NCBI GenBank assembly: GCA_001823535.1
Contig: MHUT01000022.1
Coordinates: forward strand, 1 to 44,342
Reading direction: 5' to 3'
DNA: 44,342 bases
From: Candidatus Yonathbacteria bacterium RIFCSPHIGHO2_02_FULL_44_14
Lineage (GTDB): Bacteria > Patescibacteriota > Minisyncoccia > Phycocordibacterales > UBA1550
The notes under the pieces were generated by a model, which was not told the origin of the DNA, did not search any database, and saw only the letters and a list, made by a program, of their open reading frames with translations. Shown here piece by piece: positions 16,455 to 25,525 of this stretch (the first letter of the stretch is position 1; the number at the start of each line of letters is the position of its first letter). The position numbers and the translations under genes were made by a program.

Positions 16455-16491
16455 AACTCCCCACAAGTTACATCGTGGGGAGTTATTTTTT
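16455..16491 (+). terminator. intrinsic terminator
   Basis: AACTCCCCAC...GTGGGGAGTT followed by ATTTTTT. Confidence 0.7.
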
Positions 16492-16524
16492 GCCTATTAT
16501 TCGGTAAGTCGGTATGATGAGACA

Positions 16525-17298
16525 ATGGAACCCTATGATTTTGTAATTAATCTTGTTAAAGATGCCGGGGAGCTTCTCTTAAAGCAATCAAGAGAAGCTT
16601 TTGAGGTGACGATGAAAAATAACGACCCAAGGGATATTGTAACCGCGGTTGATATCGCAGTGAACGATTTTTTAGTAAGTGCGCTTAAAAAAGAATTTCC
16701 AACATACGGCATTTACTCCGAAGAAGGCTCGGGGCAAACAGAAGAAGGGGAATACGTGTGGACCATTGACCCCATTGATGGGTCATCAAATTTTGCACGG
16801 CATATTCCTCATTTCGCAATTTGTATTGGACTTATCCATAATGCAGCCCCTATCTTAGGCGTTGTGTATAATCCTGTCACGCGTGAACTTTTTAGTTTTA
16901 AGAAAGGTATGGGTGCGTATTTGAATGGTGAACGTATTACCGTTTCAAGTGAGACAGACATAAAGAATGCATCGGTTCTTTTTCACGCTGGAAGAAAGCC
17001 AGAGCTTTGGCAATGGGGAGGGGAAGGCTATTCAAAACTTCTCGAGCATGCAAAGAAGACCACAAATCTTGCTGGCTCGGCTCTTGATGCATGTTTTGTC
17101 GCAGCTGGGCGTGTTGAAGCGAACATATATGGCAGATTATCCACAATGGATATTGCGAGTGCCATAGGGATCCTTATTGAAGCAGGTGGGCGGGTCGTTG
17201 ATAAAGAAGGCATCCCTGTTACTTTTTCAAAAGAACCGCAGAAAGTTTTTATGTCCAACAATGAGAGTATAGAAAAATCGATACTTTCGATTCTTTAA
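16525..17298 (+). CDS. inositol monophosphatase family protein (SuhB-like)
   Basis: DIVT..D, SEEG, WTIDPIDGSSNF, GSALD.CFVAAG, DIAS...LIEAGG; TTGCCT-17-TATGAT promoter 6 nt before ATG. Confidence 0.92.
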   Translation: MEPYDFVINLVKDAGELLLKQSREAFEVTMKNNDPRDIVTAVDIAVNDFLVSALKKEFPTYGIYSEEGSGQTEEGEYVWTIDPIDGSSNFARHIPHFAICIGLIHNAAPILGVVYNPVTRELFSFKKGMGAYLNGERITVSSETDIKNASVLFHAGRKPELWQWGGEGYSKLLEHAKKTTNLAGSALDACFVAAGRVEANIYGRLSTMDIASAIGILIEAGGRVVDKEGIPVTFSKEPQKVFMSNNESIEKSILSIL

Positions 17299-18389
17299 AC
17301 TGCCGCAAATTCTTTTTGTCGCTCTTTTTCATCTGGCGAACGAAGAGCATCTCTCTTTGAAATATATTCATCGCGAATAGTGTCGGGGAGCGGTTTATCG
17401 GCAAGGATCATCTCAAGAGCCTGTTGCCAAAATTTTATGCGCGCTTCGGTGAGCGTGCGCAAATCCCCTGTAGTTTTTTCAAGTGAACGAGTGTAGTATT
17501 CGAGAAGCTCGCTGATCTTGAGTACGCGCATAAGTCTTAAGCTTAGATACTCTTCGTCCCCGCGATTTTCGAGTATATATTTAGCAAGCAGTTTTTCAAG
17601 TTCAGGATTGTGAATAAGCATATAATTTAAAAATCTCGCCCAGCCTTCATATTTGTTCGAAAAATATACCGCGGAGCAATCAAGCATATATACTTCATTG
17701 TTTTTTATCCTAAAATTATGCGGTACAAAATCCTGATGAACAAGATATCTTGAATAACGATCTATTGTTTGTTTGTTGGATCTCAAAAATTCTTCTGCTG
17801 TTGAAAGCGTTGCGCTGAGACATTTCTCGTGATTGTTCGCAAGAATCTTTTTTTTGAAGTATTCGAATTTTTTTATGTTTTCCTCAGCATTAAAAACAGG
17901 AAATGTGTTCTTGATCGTTTTGAGGTGCTCAAATGTTGTTGCATGAAAAGCTTCCTGTGCTTCAAATGCGCGAAGTGCTAAAAAAAATTGTTCTTCCAAT
18001 GTATGTGCCACAAAAATTTTTTCTTGTGGCACATACGAGGTGATCCAAACAAGAGAACCATCTTGCTCTCCAAAATAAAGTTCAGCAGGAAAAATAATCT
18101 CCTTTTTTGTGAAAGCGATGGTCTTTAAGAGGTCACGCGAGCGCTTCTCCATCTCGATCTCCTTTTTCCCTTCTAGGTGTTTACTTACCTTGATGATCAC
18201 GCGCTCGTTAGTTTTTGAATGTTTACCCGCTATAACAAGCTTGTCTTTCGTCATGAGGTAGCGCTCACCGCTCATGTGAGGTTGGTGTTCATCAGTGGAG
18301 TAACCAAGAAATTGTAATTTTTTAGAAATTTCCTCGAGTTCGTGTATTTTCTTTGCTTGCCAGGATATTTCAGTTTTCGTTGATTTCAC
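17295..18389 (-). CDS. aminoglycoside-phosphotransferase / kinase-like protein
   Basis: VIIK (beta3 Lys) followed by a Glu-containing helix, LVHQDFVPHNF catalytic loop (HxDxxxxN), MLDC metal-binding motif. Confidence 0.75.
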   Translation of the reverse strand: MKSTKTEISWQAKKIHELEEISKKLQFLGYSTDEHQPHMSGERYLMTKDKLVIAGKHSKTNERVIIKVSKHLEGKKEIEMEKRSRDLLKTIAFTKKEIIFPAELYFGEQDGSLVWITSYVPQEKIFVAHTLEEQFFLALRAFEAQEAFHATTFEHLKTIKNTFPVFNAEENIKKFEYFKKKILANNHEKCLSATLSTAEEFLRSNKQTIDRYSRYLVHQDFVPHNFRIKNNEVYMLDCSAVYFSNKYEGWARFLNYMLIHNPELEKLLAKYILENRGDEEYLSLRLMRVLKISELLEYYTRSLEKTTGDLRTLTEARIKFWQQALEMILADKPLPDTIRDEYISKRDALRSPDEKERQKEFAAV

Positions 18390-18431
18390 GGTAATTGTAT
18401 CCTATAATGACAGCACCTTTTTTACAACTCC

Positions 18432-19403
18432 ATGCAAACCGTCCTTGTTACGGGAGGTGCCGGATTTATCGGCTCCAACCTTATAGAATCGCTATTAAAA
18501 CACCGTTCAGTGGGGCGCATTGTGTGTGTGGATAACCTAGACCCTTTTTATAACCCTGCGTTCAAAAAGGAGAACATCAAGCCATTTTTGAAAAACGAGA
18601 AGTTCAAGTTTTACAAAACAGACATTCGTAATCGCGCGGCACTCGCAAAGATCTTTGAAAATGAAAAACCAACATTTGTCGTACACTTGGCCGCAAAGGC
18701 AAACACCCGACTTTCAGTGAATGAGCCAGATGAATACCAGGCGGTAAATATTGTAGGGACGTTGAATTTGCTCGAACTCTCCAAAGATCACAAGGTCAAG
18801 AATTTTATTTTTATTTCCTCATCGTCAGTATACGGGAACAGCGCGGTTGCGCCTTTTGCGGAATCTGGTTTTACAGATCAGCCACTTGCTCCCTATGGTG
18901 CTAGCAAAAAAGCGGGGGAAGTTCTTGCGTATACTTATTTTCATAACTTCAAACTCCCCGTCACGTGTCTTCGTCTCTTCAATGCGTACGGTGAGCGTCA
19001 GCGCCCTGACCTCGTGATCTATAAATGGGTAGAAAATATTTTGAAAGAACAACCCATCGAGATGTCAGGTGCCGGGAAACGAGCGCGTGATTTCACCTAT
19101 GTTGGGGACATTGTACGCGCGATCGAACTTGCGATGAAGCACGGCAAGGGCTATGAGATATTGAATATCGGGAATTCGAAACCGGTGTCGCTGATCACAC
19201 TTCTTGCGCTCACGGAAAAAGCATTGGGCAAAAAAGCAGTAGTGAAAACTCGTCCGAGCCACCATGCAAGTGTGGAATCAACCTCTGCTGATATTCGTAA
19301 GGCTAAAAAGGTATTGGGGTGGGAACCAGAAGTTTCTCTAGAAGAGGGAATCGTGCGTTTTGTGAAGTGGTTACGTGACAACCGATTCAAGGATCTCATT
19401 TAG
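18432..19403 (+). CDS. NAD-dependent epimerase (UDP-glucuronate 4-epimerase-like)
   Basis: TGGAGFIGS, DNLDPFY....K, HLAA, SSSSVYG, PYGASKKAGE, RPDL, RDFTYV.D. Confidence 0.9.
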   Translation: MQTVLVTGGAGFIGSNLIESLLKHRSVGRIVCVDNLDPFYNPAFKKENIKPFLKNEKFKFYKTDIRNRAALAKIFENEKPTFVVHLAAKANTRLSVNEPDEYQAVNIVGTLNLLELSKDHKVKNFIFISSSSVYGNSAVAPFAESGFTDQPLAPYGASKKAGEVLAYTYFHNFKLPVTCLRLFNAYGERQRPDLVIYKWVENILKEQPIEMSGAGKRARDFTYVGDIVRAIELAMKHGKGYEILNIGNSKPVSLITLLALTEKALGKKAVVKTRPSHHASVESTSADIRKAKKVLGWEPEVSLEEGIVRFVKWLRDNRFKDLI

Positions 19404-20519
19404 TGTTTTTATATGGGTTGCCCATGAGAACTTTTCCTTGAGAAGTTTTGTACCGCCGATAACGAGGTTCTCGGCGAGTTTTTTATCAGACAATAGTCGC
19501 TCGATTGCAGTTGCAAGCTCAGTGTCGTCGCCGGGTTTAACAAGGAGCCCTGTTTTTTCGTGATAAACAGCCTCGTTGGTCCCAGGGATGTTGGTTGCGA
19601 TCATGGGGATTTCTGCGGCAAAGCTCGTGAGTACGGTGTGCGGAAGACCTTCGTATGTTGAATTCAAAACATACACTTCGGAATTTTTTCGAAGATGCCA
19701 TGTTTCAGCACGAGATACCTTTCCGAGAAAGGTTACGCTATCAGAAACATTGGACTCCTTAGCAATTTTTTGTAGATTTTCGAGCTCTGGGCCGTCGCCA
19801 GCAATAACAAGAGATGCGTCGGGGAACTTTTTCTTTACTTTCGCAAGTGTACGGATAATACCATCGATGCCTTTCCATGCGACAAGGCGCGCCGTGGTCG
19901 CAATTTGGCGCGGAATGCGGGTAGTTGAGAAGGGTATGATCTCGGGATTTTCTGCTGCATTATAATTCACCACCGCATTTTCTCTTTTTACGCCATAGGT
20001 GCGAACAAGCGCTTCGCTTAGGTATACTGACGGGGTGGTTACGATCTGTGCGCAGCGAAGAACAAAACCCTGAATCATCATCATCAAATGGGTCTTAATG
20101 CCTCCGTCCGGTTTTTTCATAAACTCCTCGAGATTTTTTGTTGTGCGCCTGTGTTGGCTTGCGCGCTCCCATGCCTCATCTCCAACAAATTTTAAAACAA
20201 ACGGCACTCCAGTAATCATATGGACGAGCGCCACAGGCAGACCCGCTGCCATTGCATTTTGGACATAGATAACATCTGTCGTTCTTGCTGCACGAAGTAG
20301 CTTTACAAAAAACACAGCAAGGCGAACAGGGAGAGGGCGACCTTTCCCCACAGGGATGAGTCGTGTCCCCGGGAATACATCCACGGTTTCCGATGAATTG
20401 GTGTAGGCGATAACAGTAATATCATGTGTTTTTGAAAGACGTTCACAGAGCGCCTTCGTGTAGGTTGCCGGGCCCCCAATTTCTGGAGGGTAAATGGGTG
20501 TCGCGATGATGATTTTCAT
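19371..20519 (-). CDS. glycosyltransferase family 4
   Basis: YPPEIGGPAT, ARLV.WKG, GDGP, NSTYEGLPH; 33-bp convergent overlap with the epimerase. Confidence 0.9.
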   Translation of the reverse strand: MKIIIATPIYPPEIGGPATYTKALCERLSKTHDITVIAYTNSSETVDVFPGTRLIPVGKGRPLPVRLAVFFVKLLRAARTTDVIYVQNAMAAGLPVALVHMITGVPFVLKFVGDEAWERASQHRRTTKNLEEFMKKPDGGIKTHLMMMIQGFVLRCAQIVTTPSVYLSEALVRTYGVKRENAVVNYNAAENPEIIPFSTTRIPRQIATTARLVAWKGIDGIIRTLAKVKKKFPDASLVIAGDGPELENLQKIAKESNVSDSVTFLGKVSRAETWHLRKNSEVYVLNSTYEGLPHTVLTSFAAEIPMIATNIPGTNEAVYHEKTGLLVKPGDDTELATAIERLLSDKKLAENLVIGGTKLLKEKFSWATHIKTLNEILESVVT

Positions 20520-20568
20520 GATTCCCTCATTCTACCATAGGGGTATTCCTTTATGATACTATGGATGG

Positions 20569-21672
20569 ATGAAGGTTTTAATAATCTCTACTGACCGAAA
20601 AGTATTTGAAGAGGGAAGCGCAGTTCGCTCGCGCCTACTTGAGTACGGACGACTTGTCAACGAACTCCACGTTATTGTGTTCGCAAAGCGCACATCTGAT
20701 TTTCGTAATGAAACGATACCACCCAACATTTTTCTTTATCCAACAAATTCTCTTGGAAGGTTTTTTCATGTCCCGTATGCAATCATTCGCGCGCTCAAGC
20801 TGAAACGGCGCGGAGTATCGATTGATGTGGTGACGACTCAAGATCCCTTTGAGGCAGGGTTCGCAGGGTTCATTATCTCGCACCTCTTGAATGCAGGTCT
20901 CCATATCCAAATTCATACTGATGTTATGAGTTCATATTTTGCACGCGAATCAATACTCAATCAAGCGCGCGTGGTTCTCGCAAAATTTTTACTTTCGCAC
21001 GCAGATGCAATACGCGTTGTGTCCGAGCGAATCAAGAATTCTCTGTCACAGGTCAATTGTCAAAAGTCAAAAGTTTCCATACTCCCTATCTTTGTCGAAA
21101 TAAAAAATGCGACTGATCTACAAGAAAGAGATCTCAAGAAAAAATATCCACAATTTGATTTCCACATACTTGTTGCGTCTCGCCTTACACGTGAAAAAAA
21201 TATCAAAAGCGCTATTGAGGCTATGCGTTCTGTGGTGTCGAATCATCTAAAAATAGGACTTATTATCGTCGGTAGTGGTCCTGAAGAAGTGAAACTAAAG
21301 GAACTTGTTGCGTGCCTTAGTTTGGGGAAAAATGTGATATTTGAGGGCTGGCGAAATGACCTTTCCGACTACTATAAAACTGCGAATGTTTTGATATTGC
21401 CATCGTACTACGAAGGGTATGGCATGGTTGCTGTCGAGGCGCTTTCTCAAGGGTGCCCTGTTGTGATGACCGATGTGGGGTGCGCGGGCGAGGTTGTAAA
21501 AGATGGTGAAAATGGGCTTGTAGTGCCCGTAGGGGACACGGGAGCTCTTGCGGGAGCAATAGAGGGTCTCGTGTCAGGAAAGCTCAATTTAAAGGTTGAG
21601 CCGCCCAAACTTCCCACCAAGGAAGAATATCTAGTTGCCTACAAAAAGTCGTGGGATGACGCGCTCATTTAG
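20569..21672 (+). CDS. glycosyltransferase family 4
   Basis: SRL..EKN, GSGP, PSYYEGYGMVAVEALS.G. Confidence 0.92.
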   Translation: MKVLIISTDRKVFEEGSAVRSRLLEYGRLVNELHVIVFAKRTSDFRNETIPPNIFLYPTNSLGRFFHVPYAIIRALKLKRRGVSIDVVTTQDPFEAGFAGFIISHLLNAGLHIQIHTDVMSSYFARESILNQARVVLAKFLLSHADAIRVVSERIKNSLSQVNCQKSKVSILPIFVEIKNATDLQERDLKKKYPQFDFHILVASRLTREKNIKSAIEAMRSVVSNHLKIGLIIVGSGPEEVKLKELVACLSLGKNVIFEGWRNDLSDYYKTANVLILPSYYEGYGMVAVEALSQGCPVVMTDVGCAGEVVKDGENGLVVPVGDTGALAGAIEGLVSGKLNLKVEPPKLPTKEEYLVAYKKSWDDALI

Positions 21673-21730
21673 GCGTCTAATCTGGAGCATATTATCGAAC
21701 GCGCCAATGTGGTAATATATCGTTAATTGT

Positions 21731-22738
21731 ATGCGACTACTTTTTATTACCCAGAAAATTAACGAGAATGATGACGACCTTGCATTTGTTGCATTGTGGG
21801 TTAAGGAATTCATCAATCAAGGTGCTTCGGTCAAGGTTATATGCCTTGAAAAGGGAGATTTTGACGACTCGTTCCCCGTATTTTCTTTGGGGAAAGAAAA
21901 GGGTTTTGGAAAAATAAAAAGAATATTTATTTTTTTAAAGTTAATCTTTTCTCTTAAATACGACAGAGTCTTTGTGCATATGAATCCAGAATATGTCACT
22001 CTTGGCGGATGGTACTGGTTCACTATGCGTAAGCCAATCTATCTTTGGTACACCCACTACACTACGCACATACATTTGAGGATATCTGGCATTCTCTGTA
22101 AGAGAATGTTTGCAGCAACACCGCAGAGTTTGCCGCAGTACGAAGGAAATCCAAAAAAGACTATAGTAGGACATGGTATAGACATGAATTTTTGGAAAGA
22201 CGGTATTCCCAAAGAAATTACTGCATCTCCGTTTAATCTTGTTTCTGTACACCGGATTTGTCGATCAAAACGACTAGAGTTGGGGATTCTTGCATTGAAG
22301 CATTTACCTGAAGAGTACACGCTTACTGTATACGGTAGGGACGTAGAGAAGGATTACTACGCTGAACTCAATGATTTAGTCAAAAAAGAAGGTCTAGAGA
22401 AAAGAGTAATTTTTAAAGGACCCGTTCCTATGGGTAAATTAAAAAGTATTTATCCGTTATATCGCGTGATGATTAACATGGCTCAAGAGACGATAGATAA
22501 AACAATGCTTGAGGCAATGATTTTCGGTATATATCCGGTTACCACTCCAAGGAATTCAGAAGCTATTGGACTTCCTATATGCCCCGATAGTGAGGAGCCC
22601 AAAGAGATTGCAAGGTTCGTTCTTTCAGGGAAGTGGTCACAGTACGGAGCAGATCAATTAAGAAATATCGTTGAGGAGAGGCACAGTCTCAAGTCTCTTG
22701 TGAGCAAAATGAGCAAATTAATTGCAGAAGGTAATTAA
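21731..22738 (+). CDS. glycosyltransferase family 4-like
   Basis: GHGID, RI..SKR, ETIDKTMLEAM. Confidence 0.85.
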   Translation: MRLLFITQKINENDDDLAFVALWVKEFINQGASVKVICLEKGDFDDSFPVFSLGKEKGFGKIKRIFIFLKLIFSLKYDRVFVHMNPEYVTLGGWYWFTMRKPIYLWYTHYTTHIHLRISGILCKRMFAATPQSLPQYEGNPKKTIVGHGIDMNFWKDGIPKEITASPFNLVSVHRICRSKRLELGILALKHLPEEYTLTVYGRDVEKDYYAELNDLVKKEGLEKRVIFKGPVPMGKLKSIYPLYRVMINMAQETIDKTMLEAMIFGIYPVTTPRNSEAIGLPICPDSEEPKEIARFVLSGKWSQYGADQLRNIVEERHSLKSLVSKMSKLIAEGN

Positions 22739-22747
22739 TGTCGCACC

Positions 22748-23803
22748 ATGAAAACTAAAGGCAACATTATGATAATAGCGGGAGCAAGGCCAAATTTTAT
22801 GAAAGTTGCACCACTTTGCCATGAATTGAAAAGATTGAAAATCCCGTATTCACTGGTGAATACGGGACAACATTTTACAAGAGAGATGTCAGATGATCTG
22901 CTAAAGGAATTTGGTGTTAAGCCGCATTATACTATTAACCCTCCCCATACGTCTGCCGTAGCGCAGTTTTCTGTAATTGTTGCAGAGCTTGGTAAGATTT
23001 TTGAAAAAGAAAAACCTTCTTTTGTTTTAGTGGTGGGTGATGTTAATTCAACGCTCGCAGGTGCGATCGTGGCAAACAAGATGGGAATTCCACTTGCGCA
23101 CATAGAGGCTGGTCTCCGATCATTCAATCGAAAAATGCCAGAGGAGATCAACAGAATTATTGTTGATCAAATCTCAGACATACTTTTTGTTACTGAAGAA
23201 AATGGAGTGGAAAATCTAATGAAAGAAAAAGTGAATGGCAAAGTTTATTTTGTAGGAAATATCATGATAGATACGCTTAAAATGTTTTTGCCTGAAGTGC
23301 AAAAAACAAACGAAGAATTTTATTTCTGCACGCTTCATCGCGCGGAAAATGTGGATGACAAAGAAAGATTTATGGGAATACTTGATGCACTTGAAATCAT
23401 TGCAAAGGACAACCAGATATATTTGCCGCTTCATCCACGAACAGAAAAAATGGCAAAGAGATTTATGCTAATGACCCGAATGAAGAAGATTTTTTCTTTA
23501 CTCCCGCCACTTTCCTACAAAGAATCGCTTTTTTATCAAAAAAATGCGAAACTTGTTCTTACCGACTCCGGCGGGGTACAGGAGGAAACAAGCTTTCTTG
23601 GAACTCCCTGTATTACGCTTCGCGAGGAAACAGAAAGACCAATCACTGTAACGCACGGTACAAATGTTGTTGCTGGGGCGCGAAAAGCAGGCATCCTTAA
23701 AGTCTATGCAAAATGCAAATTAAGTAAACAAAAAACAGCGCTACCTCTATGGGATGGCAAGACTGCCAAGAGAATCTTGAGAATTATAACTAACTTTAAG
23801 TAA
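22748..23803 (+). CDS. wecB: non-hydrolysing UDP-N-acetylglucosamine 2-epimerase family (copy 1)
   Basis: GARPNFMK, TGQH, VGDVNST, HIEAGLRS, MPEEINR, TLHR.EN, TDSGGVQEE, TERP. Confidence 0.9.
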   Translation: MKTKGNIMIIAGARPNFMKVAPLCHELKRLKIPYSLVNTGQHFTREMSDDLLKEFGVKPHYTINPPHTSAVAQFSVIVAELGKIFEKEKPSFVLVVGDVNSTLAGAIVANKMGIPLAHIEAGLRSFNRKMPEEINRIIVDQISDILFVTEENGVENLMKEKVNGKVYFVGNIMIDTLKMFLPEVQKTNEEFYFCTLHRAENVDDKERFMGILDALEIIAKDNQIYLPLHPRTEKMAKRFMLMTRMKKIFSLLPPLSYKESLFYQKNAKLVLTDSGGVQEETSFLGTPCITLREETERPITVTHGTNVVAGARKAGILKVYAKCKLSKQKTALPLWDGKTAKRILRIITNFK

Positions 23804-23809
23804 TATTTT

Positions 23810-24679
23810 ATGGGAAAATTATTTGCCGAAGAGAAGACAAGTCAGGAAATGACGAAAAAGGTCAAGGAGTGGTGGAATGCAAACCCGTTCACCTATCTTA
23901 TGGATAATAAGGAAATTGTTCCAGATTGGGCATTTTTTCGCAATATTGATCGTAAAATAATTAAATGGATGCCTTGGGCGCAAAAAGGATACCCGCTTCT
24001 TTCGAATGTAATAGATTATTCTCAGCTTAAAGGGAAAAAAGTGCTTGACATTGCGGTTGGTACTGGGTGGACAACTGAAAATCTAGTAAGAGCTGGTGCC
24101 CACGTGACTGCAATAGATTTGACCCCTCAGGCTGTTGAATTAACTAAAAAGCGTTTGGAATTGAATCATGTTACAGCAGAACAGGTTATGGTTGCCGATG
24201 CACAAGAGCTACCATTTGCAGATGCAACATTTGATTATGTTTTGGCGTTTGGTTGTCTCATGCACATGCCAAACACACAAAAGGCGATTGATGAAATATA
24301 TCGCGTACTAAAACCAGGAGGGCGATCTGCGGCAATGATGTACTACAAGCACTCGCTTCATTGGTGGTATTACATTTATTTAGGTAAAGGTATTTTGCGT
24401 GGAAAATTATTGTCCATGACACCCCAAGAACTTTCCAATCGCTACACGGATGGAGCGTACGAGAAAGGGAATCAGTTGACTAAATTTTATAGCAAAAAAG
24501 AGATTCATGAGTTATTCAAAAAATTCTCAGATTGTCACATTGAGATTTATGACACCACTACACCTGTTGATACATTTCCACATCGGTACTTGCCATTAGG
24601 AAGTTTTCTGCCAAAACAAATAAAACAGTGGATTGTTTGCTATCTTGGTCAGACCATCTGGGTTGATGTTAGGAAATAA
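23810..24679 (+). CDS. class I SAM-dependent methyltransferase
   Basis: VLDIAVGTG, AIDLT, DAQELPF.D..FD, EIYRVLKPGG. Confidence 0.9.
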   Translation: MGKLFAEEKTSQEMTKKVKEWWNANPFTYLMDNKEIVPDWAFFRNIDRKIIKWMPWAQKGYPLLSNVIDYSQLKGKKVLDIAVGTGWTTENLVRAGAHVTAIDLTPQAVELTKKRLELNHVTAEQVMVADAQELPFADATFDYVLAFGCLMHMPNTQKAIDEIYRVLKPGGRSAAMMYYKHSLHWWYYIYLGKGILRGKLLSMTPQELSNRYTDGAYEKGNQLTKFYSKKEIHELFKKFSDCHIEIYDTTTPVDTFPHRYLPLGSFLPKQIKQWIVCYLGQTIWVDVRK

Positions 24680-24744
24680 AAATATATCAGAGAAAACATC
24701 ATTATCATTAAGAGTCTTTTCGTTTATAGTACAATGTATTTGGT

Positions 24745-25524
24745 ATGAATAAATATAAAAAAATTTTTAAAGAAGTGTACAGTGATTTAGGGAAGTTCTC
24801 TCTTCCTTATACTGTTGACATAAAGAGATTTTGTTATTCATTAAAGCTTCTTGATTGTAACGGTCTGATTGAAGGAAAGTGCATTTTGGACTTGGGTAGT
24901 GGTGTTGGGATTATGGCTATTGCATTTTCACGCCTGGGCGCACGAGTGACAGGGATTGATAAGTTTATTTTCCCCTCAGTAGGTGAAAACCCGTATCGTG
25001 TTTCTGATTTTAAAAAACTTGAGCAAATATGGCAAGACAGTGGTGTTCAGATTATTGAAGGAGATATCATTGATAAGCCACTACCGTTCGCAGATCAGTC
25101 GTTTGACGTGGTGAACTTCGACGCAACAATTGAGCACCTCGTAGAGTCGCCAAAGCAACTCTTTGGTGAAGTGCATCGCGTACTCAAACCAGGTGGTATA
25201 TTTCTTGTAACGACACCAAATTTGGCGAATTTATTGCGCCGAATTCGGTTTGTTTTCGGGCTCACTCCTTATTGGGATATAAAAGATTATTTTGAAAGCT
25301 ACCCTCACTTTACTGGGCATCGTCGCGAATTTACTGTTTATGAACTACGGAGCATGCTTGAGTGGTCGTCATTCAAGGTCACCGAAGTAAAAACAGCGAA
25401 CATTTTTTTTGAAGTGAAGCGTTTTGTCGTTCCGCGGAAATTTATTGGGCAGTTGTGCAATACTCTTTCTCTCCCTTTTCCAGATATGAGAGAAATGATT
25501 TATATGTTGGCAAAAAAAACATAA
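24745..25524 (+). CDS. class I SAM-dependent methyltransferase
   Basis: ILDLGSGVG, LPFADQSFD, IEHL, RVLKPGG...TTPN, H.REFT. Confidence 0.9.
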   Translation: MNKYKKIFKEVYSDLGKFSLPYTVDIKRFCYSLKLLDCNGLIEGKCILDLGSGVGIMAIAFSRLGARVTGIDKFIFPSVGENPYRVSDFKKLEQIWQDSGVQIIEGDIIDKPLPFADQSFDVVNFDATIEHLVESPKQLFGEVHRVLKPGGIFLVTTPNLANLLRRIRFVFGLTPYWDIKDYFESYPHFTGHRREFTVYELRSMLEWSSFKVTEVKTANIFFEVKRFVVPRKFIGQLCNTLSLPFPDMREMIYMLAKKT

Positions 25525-25525
25525 T

